A DNA stretch of 11,592 nucleotides, taken from the NCBI GenBank assembly GCA_041640075.1, contig JBEQAY010000027.1:2735-14326 (forward strand). The letters are read 5' to 3'. A program made the position numbers and the translations under genes. This DNA comes from Candidatus Nanohaloarchaea archaeon (GTDB taxonomy: Archaea; Nanohalarchaeota; Nanosalinia; Nanosalinales; Nanosalinaceae). The notes beneath the pieces are model-generated. The model was given only the letters and a program-made list of their open reading frames with translations, made no database searches and was not told where the DNA came from. Of the stretch, positions 1-6,914 are shown piece by piece. Position 1 is the stretch's first letter; each line of letters opens with the position of its first letter.

Positions 1-2
1 CA

Positions 3-392
3 GAGCACCAGGAAGACGAAACAGAAGAGGAGGAAGATACTATGGAACACAGCTTCAATGAGGACACTGTAAGCTTTGAAGACTTTCAGGATATGGACAT
101 CAGAACCGGTGAAGTCCAGAAAGTAGACGACCATCCGAACGCGGACAAACTCTACAAAGTGCAGGTGGATGTTGGTGAAGCCACACTGCAGACCTGCGCC
201 GGGCTGAAAAACTTCTACGAACCTGAAGAGCTGGAGGGTAAAAACGTGGTAGTGCTTGCAAATCTTGAACCAACAGAACTACGGGGAGAGAAAAGCGAGT
301 GCATGATGCTGGCCGCGGAATCAGAAGACGGAGAGACAGTTTCACTGCTTCAGTCCGATCAGGAAGTAGATGTAGGCAGCAGGATAAAGTGA
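3..392 (+). CDS. metG: C-terminal tRNA-binding (Trbp111/EMAP II-like OB-fold) domain, most likely the 3' end of methionyl-tRNA synthetase (5' partial)
   Basis: Classic motifs: VSFEDFQDMDIRTGEV..VDDHPNADKLYKVQVDVG, AGLKNFY.PEEL.GK.VVVLANLEP..LRGE.SECMMLAA. The frame is open from position 3 (EHQEDETEEEEDT-M), giving an acidic linker as in fused MetRS. A standalone Trbp111/CsaA starting at ATG 42 cannot be excluded. Confidence 0.8.
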   Translation, partial: EHQEDETEEEEDTMEHSFNEDTVSFEDFQDMDIRTGEVQKVDDHPNADKLYKVQVDVGEATLQTCAGLKNFYEPEELEGKNVVVLANLEPTELRGEKSECMMLAAESEDGETVSLLQSDQEVDVGSRIK

Positions 393-398
393 GTTAGC

Positions 399-412
399 TA
401 GAAAAATTTCTA
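399..412. terminator. Small inverted repeat with A/T tract between convergent genes; possible terminator
   Basis: TAGAAA-AA-TTTCTA (399-412) in the 25-nt gap between stops at 392 (+) and 418 (-). The minus strand reads TTTTT. Confidence 0.3.
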
Positions 413-417
413 CTCAG

Positions 418-948
418 CTAGACTTCGGGCTGGGTTCTGGGCTCTTCCTTCATAACCTCCTCTGTTATTCTGTGGGCCTGAGAGTTATCGAATCCTTCCT
501 CTGGGCTCTCACCCGGCTCAGGTAGTTCAGTACTGGTTTCCACATTCAAAGGATGTTCATCGGCTTCGACAGCTGCGTTCTGCCATGCATCACCTGAAAC
601 AGTTTCCACGCCTTCAGTGTAGCCTCCGGAAGGCAAATTCTTGATATAATTTACTACGCCAGATCTATCACCGAAGGACTTAATATCAAGCTCGACTTCA
701 TCACCTTTGTAATCAATAAACCCGTAAGCAGCTTTTTCATGATCGTCAACAAATGCAACACCCACGAGTTGATCTTCCCTGTCGACTTCCGGAAGATTCT
801 CCGGATCTATACTCTCCGCAACGTGGAAAATATCTATGTACTCCTCTGTATCGTAGCTGGCAGATCCCTGCTGCGTGGCATCATGAAAACTGTCGTAAAC
901 CTTGTCCTCCAGAGTATAAACTTCATCACCAGTTAGATCTCCCGCCAT
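418..948 (-). CDS. Hypothetical acidic protein, 176 aa, with a Pro/Glu-rich low-complexity C-terminus
   Basis: Long ORF with halophilic D/E-rich composition and no recognisable motif. The upstream context CACAAACTGATTTTTC-ATG resembles the start context at 1881 (CACAAACAGTTCTCT-ATG). Confidence 0.8.
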   Translation of the reverse strand: MAGDLTGDEVYTLEDKVYDSFHDATQQGSASYDTEEYIDIFHVAESIDPENLPEVDREDQLVGVAFVDDHEKAAYGFIDYKGDEVELDIKSFGDRSGVVNYIKNLPSGGYTEGVETVSGDAWQNAAVEADEHPLNVETSTELPEPGESPEEGFDNSQAHRITEEVMKEEPRTQPEV

Positions 949-954
949 GAAAAA

Positions 955-1074
955 TCAGTTTGTGGAGATACTTTTATGCATCAGCTCGGTTTTACCCGTC
1001 GAGAACTCCTCTCTCAACTCTTCCAGTGATTCCGACACGACAGAACCGTAGTCCTCTTCATCAGTAGCCATCAT
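955..1074 (-). CDS. Small acidic protein, 39 aa (MMATDEEDYGSVVSESLEELREEFSTGKTELMHKSISTN), absent from the ORF track
   Basis: Manual translation; 10 of 39 residues are D/E. A strong BRE-TATA (CGAAAGGCTTTTAT, 1111-1098) lies 24-29 nt before the ATG, as expected for a leaderless transcript. Confidence 0.6.
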   Translation of the reverse strand: MMATDEEDYGSVVSESLEELREEFSTGKTELMHKSISTN

Positions 1075-1078
1075 ATGT

Positions 1079-1111
1079 TGTTATTACTCAGTGACACATA
1101 AAAGCCTTTCG
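1079..1111 (-). promoter_or_regulatory. BRE/TATA promoter plus downstream imperfect palindrome TGTCAC-N6-ATAACA
   Basis: The minus strand reads CGAAAGGC-TTTTAT-G-TGTCAC-TGAGTA-ATAACA-ACAT-ATG. Confidence 0.65.
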
Positions 1112-1145
1112 CCTAGAACCCTGCAAAAGCCGAGACCTAGTTTAG

Positions 1146-1156
1146 GAAAAAAGAAG
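1146..1156 (-). terminator. Oligo-T terminator candidate of the kinase-like gene
   Basis: The minus strand has CTTCTTTTTTC about 10 nt after the stop at 1166. Confidence 0.4.
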
Positions 1157-1165
1157 TCTGCGGCA

Positions 1166-1780
1166 CTATCTCGTGAAAAACCTCGAGTTTTTATCCATTC
1201 TTGCCAGAACTTTTTCCTTCTTCACACCTGCACGGCTCATGGAGTTGGCAAGAGACTCATACATGTCCTCAAATTTTTCTACCGTATACTCCTCCACAGA
1301 GTTACCATCCTGTATATCAATAAAGAGCACTTTATTCCCGTAGAGGCCAAAATTCGTGAGAGATCCGTCAAGCACTATCTCAGATTCCATGGCTTTGTCT
1401 GCTATATCTAGGGCGCGGTCAAAAAGTTTCCAGGTCTTTTCAGTAGCTTTGCCGTTCGAAAGACTTTCTCGAAAAGTTAGATCAGCCTGCTCCTGTATAA
1501 CCACAGGCGTTTCAGATCCATGACCTACATCAGAGAGGTTATAAATTCCAAGCACAGTATCAGCGAAATCTACACCCGAGCTTGAAAGTATCTCAAAATT
1601 TCTCTCAACTTCCTCAGGTTTGAAAAGAGATTTCTTGCTGGCCGGCACTTTGTAGACTTTTCCATTGAAGAAGTATCTCTCCGAAGAAGCTCCTCCAGAG
1701 TGACGCGGCTCCTCTTCTTCAATAATTTTTGCAACCACATCCCTCCTCTCTGATCTCTTGTCAATGCTGAAGCTGTTCAT
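1166..1780 (-). CDS. Atypical protein-kinase-like (PKL) fold protein, 204 aa
   Basis: Motifs in the correct order: Gly loop HSGGASSERY, beta3 KVYKVP, alphaC EEVERNFEIL, hinge VVIQEQAD, catalytic loop IVLDGSLTNFG (D-x4-N) and metal-binding VLFIDIQD. Start moved from 1903 to 1780 because the longer ORF overlaps the divergent MBL gene and CGAAACATCTTTCAAG (1817-1802) sits about 25 nt upstream of 1780. Confidence 0.7.
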   Translation of the reverse strand: MNSFSIDKRSERRDVVAKIIEEEEPRHSGGASSERYFFNGKVYKVPASKKSLFKPEEVERNFEILSSSGVDFADTVLGIYNLSDVGHGSETPVVIQEQADLTFRESLSNGKATEKTWKLFDRALDIADKAMESEIVLDGSLTNFGLYGNKVLFIDIQDGNSVEEYTVEKFEDMYESLANSMSRAGVKKEKVLARMDKNSRFFTR

Positions 1781-1801
1781 GGAGAAGTTTTTGTTCTCGT
1801 A

Positions 1802-1858
1802 CTTGAAAGATGTTTCGCACCCAGAAATTTCCAGGAGATCAGGACATCGATTTTTGAA
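1802..1858. promoter_or_regulatory. Divergent promoters for the PKL kinase (-) and MBL hydrolase (+)
   Basis: Minus strand CGAAACATC-TTTCAA (1817-1803) is 23-28 nt from ATG 1780. Plus strand TTTTTGAA (1851-1858) is 23-30 nt from ATG 1881. Confidence 0.5.
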
Positions 1859-1880
1859 GTCTACACACAAACAGTTCTCT

Positions 1881-2657
1881 ATGAAGCTGAAATTCCTCGG
1901 CACCTGCGGTGGACGTTATGCGATGGGTCAGCAGAAGAGACAAACCGGAGGGATAGTTGTGGAGACAGACGAAACACAGATTCATGTAGACCCTGGTCCT
2001 GGAGCACTTGTGCAGAGCCACGAAGAGGAACTCGCCGATGAAACTGAAGCCGTAATCGTTTCTCACGGCCACATAGATCACTCAAGCGATGCAGAGCCTA
2101 TAATAGAGATGATTGTAGAGGCCTTCAATAACGAAGGATTTCTTTTCGCAAACCAGAGCGTGCTGGAGGGTTTCGGCGATATAGAGAAACGTGTCTCGGA
2201 CTACCACCAGAATATCTGTTCCAGAGTCAAACAGCTCGGTGAAGAAACAGAGACAGAGATGAAAGACGTAGAGATAGAATCACAGGAGATGTTCCACAGC
2301 GATCCAAGAACCGTTGGCTTCACTCTTGACGACGGGGAGAAAAAAATCGGTTTCTGGACAGACACAGAACACTCGGAGGAACTGGTAGACTTCTACGATG
2401 GATGCGATACGCTAGTTGTGTACTGTTCCAGACCCAGAAACGAAGGTACAAGAAGCCATACCTCTCTGGACGACATACCAGAAATCACGGCAGAAATAGA
2501 TGTTTCAACAGTTATCGTCACACATTTCGGGTTCAAGTTCCTTGAATCAGACCTTGAAGCTCAGAAAGAATGGCTTGAAGAAGAGATTGAGCCGAAAGTT
2601 ATCTTTGCAGAAGACAGTATGGAGTACCCCGGCAACCGAAAGCTTGACGCGTTCTAA
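1881..2657 (+). CDS. Metallo-beta-lactamase-fold hydrolase (PhnP/RNase Z-like, archaeal family), 258 aa
   Basis: N-terminal MKLKFLGTCGG, IHVDPGPGAL, metal motif SHGHIDH (HxHxDH), then MFHSD, WTDT, SHTS and VTHFG. Start set at ATG 1881 rather than 1758. Confidence 0.9.
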   Translation: MKLKFLGTCGGRYAMGQQKRQTGGIVVETDETQIHVDPGPGALVQSHEEELADETEAVIVSHGHIDHSSDAEPIIEMIVEAFNNEGFLFANQSVLEGFGDIEKRVSDYHQNICSRVKQLGEETETEMKDVEIESQEMFHSDPRTVGFTLDDGEKKIGFWTDTEHSEELVDFYDGCDTLVVYCSRPRNEGTRSHTSLDDIPEITAEIDVSTVIVTHFGFKFLESDLEAQKEWLEEEIEPKVIFAEDSMEYPGNRKLDAF

Positions 2658-2659
2658 CC

Positions 2660-2693
2660 AGAACACATTTATTTGTTACTCTTTGATTACAAA
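2660..2693 (+). promoter_or_regulatory. BRE/TATA promoter plus imperfect palindrome TGTTAC-N6-ATTACA
   Basis: AGAACACA-TTTAT-T-TGTTAC-TCTTTG-ATTACA-AA upstream of ATG 2706; same geometry as the site at 1079-1103. Confidence 0.55.
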
Positions 2694-2705
2694 CTTGTGG
2701 TTGTT

Positions 2706-3167
2706 ATGGATTTTCCTTCACTTGACGACTTGAAAGACGGAGATACCTACATTGAGAGTATGATCAAGTGGGACTGGGAAGTGAACGGAGATACAGCAGT
2801 ATACCACCTTTCAGAGGACTCTCACACATATCATGCAACAGAGGATTACGCCAATCCTGGTAGGGTTGAGCATCTGCTAGACGGTATTACAGATGGACAA
2901 AATATCTCTCGTATGATGAAGTTAAGGGCCAGAAACTGGTCCTTGAAAGTTGAGAAAACCGCCGATGAAATGATAGACGAAGAGGTGGAACAAGTTGTCT
3001 TTGACCACGGAGATACATACCGAGTTATGGAAGACCCTACTGCACAGGCTGTAGCAAGAGAGACATACAAACACCTGAGTGAGACTATGAACATAGACAT
3101 GAATCATCATTTCAGTTCAGAAGCCTACACAAGATCTTTTAGACACTCACTCGACTACCAGAACTAG
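2706..3167 (+). CDS. Hypothetical acidic, His-containing protein, 153 aa
   Basis: Acidic ORF (MDFPSLDDLKDG...). ATG 2706 is preferred over TTG 2673, which lies inside the promoter. No known motif recognised. Confidence 0.75.
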   Translation: MDFPSLDDLKDGDTYIESMIKWDWEVNGDTAVYHLSEDSHTYHATEDYANPGRVEHLLDGITDGQNISRMMKLRARNWSLKVEKTADEMIDEEVEQVVFDHGDTYRVMEDPTAQAVARETYKHLSETMNIDMNHHFSSEAYTRSFRHSLDYQN

Positions 3168-3169
3168 GA

Positions 3170-3991
3170 CTAGTATAGATCAATATTCTTCACCTCAGCA
3201 CCATCTATTTTCACCATAGCGTGGCTGTGAAGCCCTGCATTCAAACAGATCACATCTTCGATTTTCTCAGTGCCTTTGCCTTCATGTATATGGCCTGCGA
3301 CAGACAGGACAGGTTCAAATTTCTCTATCAATTCCTTCACTACTATAGATCCGTAATGCCGCCCGTCAGCCGGTGATTCAGGGTTTTCTACCCGATCCAG
3401 TGAAGTTCCATGGGGTACGTTATGTGAAAGAAAAATGACGGGACTTTCCGCTTCTTCAAAAAGAAGTTCCAACTCTTCCTTAGTCTCCATGTATTTCTCC
3501 TCTATAGATTCCATATCCTCCTCGGAATCTGGTTTATCGTCCTCGTACTGCGGTATTTCAGGTGCGGAACAAGGACCATATCCTATATAGGAAAAATTTC
3601 CATCAGTGAAGACTTCCCGGTCTATATTATGTATATTTTTGAAGCCCTCTATCATGTTCTGAAACCTGTTTTCAGCCAGGAATGCCCATGTTTCATCGCC
3701 TATCCAGTCCCAGTTACCTGGAACCACGAAAACAGGTTTTTCAAACGAGTCAAGATATTCAAAGACATCTCTACCCTCCTGAAGCGATTTATTTACAGCT
3801 TTCTTGGCCTCTTCACGGCCGATGAGATCCCACCAGTCCTTTTCTTCTTCTACGGCTCTGAACATTGCGTTCCTGATCTTTTCTGAGTCTCCGCAGACAT
3901 CTCCCGTAACGATTATCAGGTCAGCTTCCTTCGCCTCTTCACCTAGATCGGGTTTTTCACCGTGGCAGTCTCCGACGACCAGTATATCCAT
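3170..3991 (-). CDS. Calcineurin-like metallophosphoesterase (Icc/COG2129-like), 273 aa
   Basis: Motifs GDCHG (DxH), IIVTGDV, VVPGNWD, FLSHNVP, HYGS and VAGHIHE. Start moved to ATG 3991 (MDILVVGDCHG); the upstream extension is non-acidic. Confidence 0.92.
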   Translation of the reverse strand: MDILVVGDCHGEKPDLGEEAKEADLIIVTGDVCGDSEKIRNAMFRAVEEEKDWWDLIGREEAKKAVNKSLQEGRDVFEYLDSFEKPVFVVPGNWDWIGDETWAFLAENRFQNMIEGFKNIHNIDREVFTDGNFSYIGYGPCSAPEIPQYEDDKPDSEEDMESIEEKYMETKEELELLFEEAESPVIFLSHNVPHGTSLDRVENPESPADGRHYGSIVVKELIEKFEPVLSVAGHIHEGKGTEKIEDVICLNAGLHSHAMVKIDGAEVKNIDLY

Positions 3992-4225
3992 ATCATGGCA
4001 TTGGTGAGGAAATGATTTGATTGCTTCGGAAACACGGAAGAAATAAAAAATTTCATCCGACACACCTAGGTATGAGTTTTGAGGCAATGAAGGGTGGACG
4101 CTTTGTACCGTCCACAGAAGTATTCCCAGTTTAGTTTTCTCAGCCTCAGCTATAATTTTCAAATTCCTGAAAGTGAATTCTCCATGATTCGAGAACTATA
4201 CCGCAGCGGTCGCTATGAAAGTTCT

Positions 4226-4269
4226 GAAAATCAATTTAACAGTTCCTCAGAAACTGGTTTTCAAGAGGA
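4226..4269 (+). promoter_or_regulatory. valS promoter and Shine-Dalgarno candidate
   Basis: GAAAATCAA-TTTAAC (4226-4240), then GAGGA at 4265-4269, 9 nt before ATG 4279. Confidence 0.45.
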
Positions 4270-4278
4270 TAGAAAACA

Positions 4279-6873
4279 ATGCTAGGAGATTACACGCCGG
4301 AAGACTACGAGCCGAAGTGGAGCCAGGAATGGGTTGAAAACGAGACATACGCCTACGAGGGAGGAGAGGACAAAGAGGTATTCTCGATCGATACGCCGCC
4401 TCCGACTGTTTCAGGGAACCTGCACTTTGGACACACCTATGGAAACACTTTGATGGACTTCATGGCCCGTTTCAAGAGGATGCAGGGCTACGACGTATAC
4501 TACCCGTTTGGATACGACGACAATGGGATAGCATCCGAGCGTTTGACCGAAAGAGAGCTTGGTATCCGGCATCAAAACTTTACACGCAGAGAGTTCCAGG
4601 AAAAATGCAGAGACGTCTGCGAGGAGTACGAGGACAAGTTCACGGATGCTATGCAGAAGTTCGCGTTCTCGATGGACTGGAACAACACCTACAAGACAAT
4701 TGAGCCACGGGTTCAGAAGATCAGTCAGCTATCATTCATCGACCTGTACGAGAAGGACAGGGAGTACAGGCAGAAGGCGCCTGCGATCTGGTGTCCGGAA
4801 TGTGAGACAGCGATCAGCCAGGTCGAGACAGAGGATATGGAAGAGGACTCACACTTCAACGACATCGAGTTCGAACTGGCGACAGGAAACGGCTCAATAA
4901 TAATCTCAACAACAAGACCAGAGCTCCTGCCGGCTTGTGTCGCGATCTTCGTCCATCCTGACGACGAATCCAACGAACACCTCGTCGGGGAGAAAGCAGA
5001 AGTCCCATTGTTCGGCTACGACGTCCCTATACTTGAAGACGAGAGAGTCGACATGGAAACCGGTTCAGGGATCGTTATGTGCTGTACGTTCGGAGATCAG
5101 AACGATATCGAATGGTACCAGGCACACGACCTCGACCTTCGGATCGCAATGGACGAATCAGGACAAATGACAGAACTAGCCGAAAAATATGAAGGATTAG
5201 ATAGAGGAGAAGCAAGGGAAGAAATAGTTGACGACCTTGACGAAAAAGGCAAGCTTCTGGATAGATGGGAGATCGAACACACCGTCCAAGTCCACGAAAG
5301 ATGCGACGAGCCGATCGAGTTCCTGGTAACGAAGCAGTGGTACATCGAACTGCTAGATCACAAGGAGAAGTACCTGGAAGCAGGAAAGGAGATGGAATGG
5401 TTCCCAGAAAAAATGTTCACTCGTTACGAGCACTGGATCGAAGGACTACAGTGGGACTGGTGCATCTCAAGGCAGAGAGACTCAGGAATCCCTCTACCAG
5501 TATGGTACTGCTCAGAGTGTGAGCAGGAGATAATCGCCGACAAGACAGACTTGCCTGTTGATCCTTTGCAGGATGAAGCTCCTGTCGATGAATGTCCAGA
5601 ATGTGGAGCAGAGGAGTTCGAGCCGGAGGAGGACGTCCTTGATACATGGGCAACTTCCAGTTTGACTCCTTTGATTAACGCTGACTGGGGATGGAACGCA
5701 GAAGAGGAGGAATACGAGATGGAGAGGCCTGAGCTGTACCAGATGGATGCACGGTACCAGGCACATGACATCATAAGCTTCTGGCTCTTCCACACTGTCG
5801 TTAAATGTGTTGAACATACAGGAGAAGTCCCTTTCAAGGATACGATGGTTCACGGATTCGTACTGGACGAAAACAGAGAGAAAATGTCTAAGAGTGTTGG
5901 AAATGTTACAACACCAGAAGAAGTCCTGGAAGACTTCCCTGTTGACGCCGCACGTTATTGGGGAGCACGTTCAAAGGTCGGCGACGACCTTGCACTGAAA
6001 GAAAAAGACCTGGTCGAAGGAGAAAAATTAATGAGAAAACTCTGGAACGCATCCAAGCTCATCGATGACCTTACACCTCACAAAGATATTGAAGTAGACG
6101 AAGAAGACCTTGAAGAGATCGACAGATGGATGCTGGCTGAGATGGACGACCTAGTCGAATTCGTCACCGAGAAGTTCGAGGACTACGAATTTGCCCGTGC
6201 CAGAGACAAAATAAGAGAACGTTTCTTCAACATGTTCTGTGGAGACTACCTGGAGATCACCAAGCAGAGACTTGACGACGAGAAGAACAAGTCTGCACAG
6301 TATGCCCTTGTTCAGACGCATAAGAAGTTCCTCAAGATGCTGGCACCACTGCTCTCACATACCACCGAGGAGATCTGGAACGAGATGTACCAGAACTCCA
6401 GTATACACAGAAGTGACTGGCCAGAAACGGAAGGAATCGAAGCCGACAAGGAAGCTGGCGAGAGAGCGATGGAGGTCGTCTCAGCTCTAAGAAAGTTCAA
6501 GACAGAACACCAGATGAGCCTCAACGAAGAACTGGAAAGAGTCCAGGTCTACGGAGATATCTCAGGCTTTGAAGACGCGATCAAGGAAGTCATGCACGTC
6601 CAGAACCTGAAACAGCTTGATTCGGAGCCAGAGACCGAGAACAAGATCATCGAGATCTCCCTGGACTACTCCAAGGCAGGACCGAAGTACGGAGACAAGG
6701 TCTCGGAGATCGAGGAAGCACTGGAGAACAACGAGTTCTTCATTGAGGACGGCCGACTCGAAGTCGCTGATGAACATTTAAAGCCGGAGATGTTCGAAGT
6801 CAGAGAGGAAAGAACCTACACCGGGGAAGGAGAGATGATCGAGACAGAGAACTCACTGGTGATAATCCACTAG
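4279..6873 (+). CDS. valS: Valyl-tRNA synthetase (archaeal type), 864 aa
   Basis: IDTPPPTVSGNLHFGH (HIGH equivalent, 4423-4434), GYDDNG, editing domain STTRPELLPAC and GSGIVMCCTFGD, WDWCISRQR, DVLDTWATS, KMSKS (5881-5895), and anticodon domain FCGDYLE. Confidence 0.97.
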   Translation: MLGDYTPEDYEPKWSQEWVENETYAYEGGEDKEVFSIDTPPPTVSGNLHFGHTYGNTLMDFMARFKRMQGYDVYYPFGYDDNGIASERLTERELGIRHQNFTRREFQEKCRDVCEEYEDKFTDAMQKFAFSMDWNNTYKTIEPRVQKISQLSFIDLYEKDREYRQKAPAIWCPECETAISQVETEDMEEDSHFNDIEFELATGNGSIIISTTRPELLPACVAIFVHPDDESNEHLVGEKAEVPLFGYDVPILEDERVDMETGSGIVMCCTFGDQNDIEWYQAHDLDLRIAMDESGQMTELAEKYEGLDRGEAREEIVDDLDEKGKLLDRWEIEHTVQVHERCDEPIEFLVTKQWYIELLDHKEKYLEAGKEMEWFPEKMFTRYEHWIEGLQWDWCISRQRDSGIPLPVWYCSECEQEIIADKTDLPVDPLQDEAPVDECPECGAEEFEPEEDVLDTWATSSLTPLINADWGWNAEEEEYEMERPELYQMDARYQAHDIISFWLFHTVVKCVEHTGEVPFKDTMVHGFVLDENREKMSKSVGNVTTPEEVLEDFPVDAARYWGARSKVGDDLALKEKDLVEGEKLMRKLWNASKLIDDLTPHKDIEVDEEDLEEIDRWMLAEMDDLVEFVTEKFEDYEFARARDKIRERFFNMFCGDYLEITKQRLDDEKNKSAQYALVQTHKKFLKMLAPLLSHTTEEIWNEMYQNSSIHRSDWPETEGIEADKEAGERAMEVVSALRKFKTEHQMSLNEELERVQVYGDISGFEDAIKEVMHVQNLKQLDSEPETENKIIEISLDYSKAGPKYGDKVSEIEEALENNEFFIEDGRLEVADEHLKPEMFEVREERTYTGEGEMIETENSLVIIH

Positions 6874-6914
6874 AAAACACTTATTTATTTTTGTTATTTT
6901 ATCATCATAACAAA
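6873..6914 (+). promoter_or_regulatory. AT-rich promoter (possibly also valS terminator) with a perfect 8-bp inverted repeat operator candidate
   Basis: GAAAACAC-TTATTTA, then TTTGTTAT (6890-6897)-N9-ATAACAAA (6907-6914), which overlaps the first base of the ATG. Confidence 0.55.

Noticed and set aside
955..957. In-frame TGA as selenocysteine
   Set aside because: No Cys/redox motif context and no recognisable SECIS. TGA is used as an ordinary stop at 390-392 and 7685-7687.
1781..1903. N-terminal extensions of the ORF-track calls 1166..1903 (-) and 1758..2657 (+)
   Set aside because: They overlap each other head to head, are non-acidic and cover the divergent promoters. Starts at 1780 and 1881 fit the motifs and TATA spacing.
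4086..4101. T-box-like sequence AATGAAGGGTGGACGC upstream of valS
   Set aside because: It lacks the UGGNACC consensus (reads TGGACGC), shows no stem I/specifier loop or following terminator, and lies upstream of the apparent valS promoter. T-boxes are a bacterial feature.
3992..4285. 57-aa extension of the phosphoesterase and the 63-aa ORF 4094..4285
   Set aside because: Composition is unlike the acidic proteome, and the metallophosphoesterase fold begins at MDILVVGD.
5161..5260. Locally A-rich codon usage inside valS suggesting a recombined patch or intein
   Set aside because: The protein is collinear with normal ValRS, with no intein motifs or extra length. The shift is short and cannot be quantified by eye.
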